A stretch of DNA of 64,000 nt from a bacterium (lineage in GTDB: Bacteria; Zhuqueibacterota; Zhuqueibacteria; Residuimicrobiales; Krinioviventaceae). A program made the position numbers and the translations under genes. Numbering within the stretch: the stretch's first letter is position 1; each line of letters starts with the position of its first letter. The DNA lies in contig CAXXFV010000023.1 of assembly GCA_963674595.2 (NCBI GenBank), positions 576,001 through 640,000 on the forward strand, read 5' to 3'. Of this stretch, positions 58,077 through 64,000 are shown piece by piece. The notes under the pieces were generated by a model, which saw only the letters and a program-made list of their open reading frames with translations, ran no database searches and had not been told where the DNA came from.

Positions 58077-61000
58077 GCCGATGGATTTGCATCCACGCAT
58101 GTTACATTTGGAACAGATGCGGATACAAATGTTGTCATTAGTGTCAGCGGTACAAAAAGTGACGGCTCTGATTTGGAAGGATCACCGGCTGTTTTTACGT
58201 TGGATCCGACGGCCGGAAACGCCTATTCTATGGGCGAAGCCTATACAACAAGCGCGTCCCCGGGTTCAGACCATGAATTGTTTGTAACGATTAAAGATAG
58301 TTACGGTAACCTTAAGGATGGTATAACAACCAATTGGAATATTACACAAGGACTGGGTAGTTTATCCGCCGCACAAACAGTGTCTGATGAAAATGGGCAG
58401 GCCAAGGTTGTTTTAACACTTTCAAGAACACAATCAACACCTTACATCGTGCAGGCCAGTGTTAGTGGTTTGATCGGGTCACCTGTTAATATTACTATTA
58501 ATCCGTCAGAGCCTGCAAAATACATTCAGAGAATTTCACCTGTTACCGCACAACAGGGAACGGCCCGTTCTACCCTGGACAGCCTGGTTGTAGTGAGGGT
58601 GTTGAAAGAAGATGCAATAACTCCATTTGAAAGCTTTCCGATTGATTTTAGTATTATTCGTGGAACCGGAAAATTATGGGAAAACACCATTGCAGATACC
58701 AGTGAAACAAAAACAATTTCTACAGATGCAGACGGGTATGCAGAGGTCCATTGGCTTCTTGGCGGTCTTGGGCAAAATGAAGTCCAGGCATTTGGCCAAT
58801 TTTTGACAGGGACTCCTGAAGGAACCACAAACCCGATTGTATTCAGCGCTGAAGCAAGTGAAGGTGTGCCGTCGATCCTTACCATAGTTTCCGGTGATAA
58901 TCAAACAGACGGGTATGTCGGGTTGCCGGTTGATCCTTTTGTGGTAAAATTGACTGATGACAATGGATTTGCCATTCCATCTTATCCAATTCGATTTGAT
59001 GTTATTGACGGAGTTGGAGGTTATCTGGGACATGCCGACAGCACCAGCCGCACGATTTATACAAATTCTTTAGGTCAGGCAAGTGTTACATTGACACTGG
59101 GTTGTGAACTTAATGAAGTACATCGTGTCAGGGCAACAGCTTTAGAAACCGGAATTGCGCCTGTTACATTCAGTGCCACACCGACAGGTGTTGCCGCCAG
59201 TAATATTGAATACGTTTCCGGAAATAATGTAAACGGCGCATACCAGGAAGCGACTGTTACAAATCCATTGGAACAACCCTTTGTGGTTCGTGTTTTTAAT
59301 GCTGTTTGTAATCAACCTGTAGCAGGCCAATCCGTTAAATTTACAGTTGCTCAGGGAAATGGAAATTTTAATAATCAAAATAGTGTTAGCGTAGTCTCCG
59401 ATGCAGATGGTCTTGCTTCTGCTACATTAACATTGGGGACACAGGCTGGTGACAGTGTATATGTTGTAAATGTGACCTCTAATTTGGTAAACACACCAAC
59501 ACAACAGTTGGCAGGTTCGCCTGTTGTTTTTAAAGCTTCAGGAATTGCAAAAACGCCGGTCAGCATGTCAAAAGATGCAACAACGGACCAACAGGTTGCT
59601 GTTGTAGGTCAGGCTTTGCCTAATGCCGTTCGGGTTAAAGTTTCTGATGAACATGGAAACGGTATACAGAACCATCCGGTAACTTTTACTGTTACGGGTA
59701 ATGGCGGCGCTTTAGTAGATAATATGGGATCAGACCAGATTAAGGAAGTTTTGACCGGAAGCGACGGATATGCATCCATCGTTTGGCAGATGCCTGAAAA
59801 ACCTGGTTTTGTCCAGTTAACGGCAGCCGGTAAAAAGGCGGACAATACTGCTTTGACAAACAGTCCGTTAACTTTTACTGCTTTTGCAGACACCGGTGCT
59901 GCCAATATAATGGAAAAAGCTATTCCGGGTGACCCCGAACTTGTTGGTGTCGCCGGTAAAGCACTTTCACAAAAAGTAAGAGTAAAAATATCTGATAAAT
60001 TTGGTAATGCCGTTAAACATGGCTATCCGGTTACTTTTACCGTAATGGACGGCGGCGGTCGTGTAAATAGTGCGACACAGGTTACCGTACAAACGGCTGA
60101 CTCCGGATATGCTTCCGTAACATGGGTAATGGGAACAGCAAGCGGATATGAAAGCAATGTATTAAAGGCCAACGCCAGTGTTGCTAACAATCCGGAACTG
60201 GAATTTAAAGCAACCGTTGTTGCGGATATTGCCGCTATTATGTCCCCTCAACCTATTTCAGATGAGTTTGTTAAAGCCGGTAATTTACTCTCGGATCCGG
60301 TAAGTGTCAAGATTACCGATCAATACGGTAATGGTATTAACAAATTTCCGGTATTATTTCAAGTTGTTGATGTTGACGGAAATATGGGATATCTTGAGGT
60401 TCAAGGTCAAACGAGTTATACCGACTCGACCGATGAAAATGGAATTGCTCAGGTTAATTGGGGCATGGGACCCAATGTCGGGTTGAATATCAACAAACTT
60501 AGAGTTGTAGCCCAGAGAAATGGTATTGATCTTGAAAATTCTCCCTATGAGGGTTATCTGGTTTCTACCAGTGTTGGTGATCCTGACAGTTTGATCAAAA
60601 TAACCGATGAACCTTTAGAATCCGTAGTAGGTAATACCGTTACACTCAGTGTCAAAGTTACAGATGCTTTCGGTAATCCTCGCGCTGCTCAACCTGTTGA
60701 ATTTAAAGTGTTGAGTGCCACAACGGCAGGTGGTGGTTATTTTGATGGTGATGAAGAGAAAATCGAAATTACCAAAAATTCCGATTCTAACGGACATGTT
60801 ACCGTACAGTTTACACTTGGAAACCTGGCCGGAGTTAATATAAATAAAGTCCAGATTTCATCAGCCTATAATGGTGAACCCCTTAATGGTTCACCGGCCC
60901 TGTATGAAATTTCAGCAAAATCCACAAATGCCACACGAATTGCCATTGAAGATGGTGACGATCAAAACGGCACTGTTGGAAAATTTGTTGATGAAATGTT

Positions 61001-64000
61001 AAAAGTTGTTGCTTATGACCGGGATGGAAACCGGGTTACGCAACCGCAACCAATTCGTTTCCAAATTGTTGACGGCGAAACAAAAGGTGGAGCGTTGGGT
61101 CATGGCACTGCCATTGATACAACTATAAACACAAATTCTTCCGGTGTTGCAGAGATTGCCTGGAGGCTTGGACCCAAAGTTGGAGCCTATGAAGTTAATG
61201 CCTCCTCAAAAAGTGGCAGCACTAATCTTGATGGATCTCCGTTGACTTTTTCTGCAAACGCAGCGGCTGATATAACAAATGCAGATACATCCAAGGTTGA
61301 TGTTTTTCCACCCGTACAAGTCGTATCAAATGGTGGCAACAAAATCACAATAGTTGCCCGTCTTAAGGATAAATTTGGTAATCCGATTAAAGATAGAGCC
61401 GTTGTTTTTAGTGCGATTAATGCAAATGGTGTAACCATTACTCAACCGATTCAGGCGACAGATATTAATGGTGAAGCGTCAGGTCAGGTTTATTCAACGA
61501 CTGTCGGAATTAAACAAATTGTTTGCCGTGATATTAATAGCCAGGTACAACTTTCAGATACCGCCCGAGTGACATTTACCGCTGCTGCAGCGGCACGTAT
61601 TGACGAGCACCAGGATAGTGGTGATGGTGGAGCCGGTAATATAGGGACCGTATTAGGTGATTCGTTGCGTGTTTTGGTTACCGATGAATTTGGTAATCCG
61701 ATAGATAACCATGATGTTTCATTTGGTGTGACTGCCGGTAATGGACAGTTACTTGAAAATCAACCGGTATCAACTGATTCTACCGGAATGGCTTTTGTTC
61801 GCTACCGATTGGGACAAGAACCCGGTACAAACACAATTGAGGCAATAGCCATTGGTATTGCAGGACAAAAAGTCCGTTTTAACCTTATTGCCGAAGATAA
61901 CAATCCGGCACAGATCAAAATGGTTAGTGGTAATAAATCGTCAGCCAAAGCAGGCGAGCAACTGCCGGAACCCTTTGTGGTACGGGTTGTTGATGCTTAT
62001 AACAAACCGGTTTGGAATGTCGAAGTTTTATGGAAAGGTGTGCTTAACCCCGGTAGTATCGTTTCCGAAAATCCGATTACAACCGATGAATATGGAAAGG
62101 CTTCTGCAAATGTTATAGTTAGTTCAACAGTTGGTGAAAATATTTACAGTGCTGAAATTCCAAGTTCACCCTCTATCAGTGCTCAAACATTCTATGCGAC
62201 CACAACTGCAAATAAGGCAACTGGTATCGAATATGGAACGGATTCAGAGCTTGAGGGTGTTGTCAACCAATCATTGACTCAGGCATTGGTAATAAATACT
62301 GTTGATGAGCATGGAAACCGTGTGCCAAGCGTTAATGTAACTTTTACTGTTATGGAAGGTGAAACCGTCGATGGCGTTGGAAAACTTCAAAATGGCGCCA
62401 AAGTGATGAGTATTGCTTCAAACGCAAGCGGACAGGCACTGGCTTACTATACACTCGGTAAAAAAGCCGGAATAAACAGGGTACGCGCCTCCTCTGCCGG
62501 TTTGGAACCAACTTATCGAGAGTTTGTCATCACCGGTGTTGCAGATGTTGCCGATTCCATGTTTGTTTATTCCGGGAATAATCAGAAAATGGAAAAGGGT
62601 AAAGAATTGCTGGAACCGATTGTCGTGCGAGTTGTTGATCAATGGGGCAACCCGGCATCGAACGGACGAGTCTCTTTTGCTGCTATTCAGGGTGGTGGAA
62701 CTATTATAGCGGATAATCCTGTTTCTTCCAACAATCAGGGCCTGGCAAAAGCCAGATGGATACTGGGCCCGACTGCAAATGTTGCTAATATTGCTGTTGT
62801 TATTTCAAATAATAACCTGAAATTTGCAGGTGATCGATTGGAGTTTTGGGCGACAGCCGAATCAAACCAATATCCGGAATTCCAAATGCTGGAACGATAT
62901 GAGGTGTATGAGAATGAATTACTCCAGTTCTTTGTCTTAGCTACGGATGGTGATGGTGATTTTGTAAATTATAATAAGGCCAATATGCCGGCCGATACAA
63001 GCGCCAAGTTTTTGTATGATACGATAAATGAAAAATACAAGTTCCAATGGAAGCCGGGTTATGATCTTGTACAACGCCCGGAAACAGAAAAAACCTATTA
63101 TCCCGTCTTTTATGCCGAAGATACAAAGGGCGGTCGTGATATTGATACGGTTAAAGTTGTTGTCAAAAACAAAAATCGTATGCCGGTAATAAATAGTTAT
63201 GTGCCAATTGATAACTATTACAAGTTTAATCTTGAGGATGGCGTTATAGAATTCAGCGTTAGCGCTACGGATCCGGATAATGATGCATTGTATTATACAT
63301 GGAGAGTCGGTGACGTTGTTAAAGGTAATTCTCAATCATTTACTCTTAATCCATATGATTTGTATCCTAATTTGAATAATATTAGTGTATCTGTTGAAGT
63401 TTCAGACGGTGAGAATTCTACCAGCTTTAACTGGACGTTGAGTTCCGTACAACTGACAAGTTTTACAGCAGATGTCACACCATATCAGGGTGTTATTCTT
63501 GAATGGGAAACTGCTTCTGAGCATAATAATGCTGGTTTTAATGTTCTTCGAAGTATGAAAGAAGATGGTACCTATGCCAAGATAAACAAGGACCTGTTAG
63601 ATCCTGAAGTTGATGGCAAGTACGAATATATTGATAATGATATTGAAGGCGGATATCATTACTATTACAAGATTGAAGATGTCAGCCTCAGCGGTATTCG
63701 TACACAACATGGACCTGTTACAGCCGAAGCTCCGCTTCCTAAAGATTTTAATTTGTCTCAGAATTATCCGAATCCGTTTAATCCGACTACGACAGTTCGT
63801 TATGAATTGCCCAAAACAGCACAGGTACGGTTGGATATTTATAATACCATGGGACAACTGGTGAAGACGCTTATTAACAGACAGGTCAAAGCTGGTTATC
63901 ATACCGTTATGTGGAACGGAAAGGATGAAAATCAAATGACTGTCAGCTCGGGTATTTATTACTATCGAATTAAAGCTGGAAATTTTTCAAGAATCCATAA
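58077..64000 (+). CDS. Giant surface protein, segment 3 (about 14 Big_1/invasin-like Ig repeats, cadherin-like domains, T9SS/FlgD C-terminal domain); runs off the window
   Basis: Frame starting 58077 reads ADGFASTHVTFG...; repeats 'V.V.D..GN', 'TD.DG.A...W.LG', 'GSP..F'; 'ATDGDGD', 'ATDPDND'; 'SVQLTSFTA...LEWETASEHNNAGFNVLRS'; 'QNYPNPFNPTT...WNGKD...SSGIYYYRI'. No in-frame stop seen, which explains its absence from the ORF track. Confidence 0.88.

Noticed and set aside
57001-58090. Programmed ribosomal frameshifting in the giant gene
   Set aside because: Both sites need +1 correction, no stimulatory hairpin was seen, and the second site is not slippery; error or mutation is more parsimonious.
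58075-63935. Short ORF-track entries on both strands in the last 6 kb
   Set aside because: They are shadows of the long open + frame starting at 58077 and have no recognisable motifs.
1-64000. CRISPR arrays, tRNA/rRNA, IS elements, prophage or defence genes
   Set aside because: No regularly spaced nucleotide repeats, RNA-gene signatures, or transposase, integrase or nuclease motifs were seen; Ig and LVIVD repeats are diverged at the DNA level.

Overview
Bacterial chromosomal window, AT-rich. Two proteins carry C-terminal 'QNYPNPFNP' T9SS/FlgD-type sorting domains, which points to the FCB superphylum (KSB1/Calditrichota/Ignavibacteria-like; inference). Bases 1-17 kb hold mixed accessory genes: a membrane AraC regulator, GlpQ, an esterase, an LVIVD-repeat secreted protein, a soluble 5xPAS-GAF HisKA_2 kinase, a UroD/MtaA-family protein and a sensory [FeFe]-hydrogenase fused to a minimal chemoreceptor tip. 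Bases 17.4-55.4 kb are a co-oriented cell-surface glycan locus: five ArnC/DPM-like GT2s plus one further GT2, two DUF2304 partners, a YdjC deacetylase, five GT-C (ArnT/GT39) transferases, six GT4s, two flippases, an O-antigen ligase/polymerase, a B12 radical SAM enzyme, a Thr-type sulfatase-like enzyme and a secreted glycoside hydrolase-like protein. From 55.85 kb to beyond the window end lies a giant (about 2,700 aa) Ig-repeat surface protein. It is preceded by a sigma-54-type promoter, broken by two +1 frameshifts and mostly missing from the ORF track. The most striking observation is that one GT-C enzyme (36578-38359) carries in its periplasmic loop what looks like a circularly permuted copy of the beta-sandwich domain duplicated at the N-terminus of that giant protein. 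No rRNA, tRNA, CRISPR array or transposase was seen.
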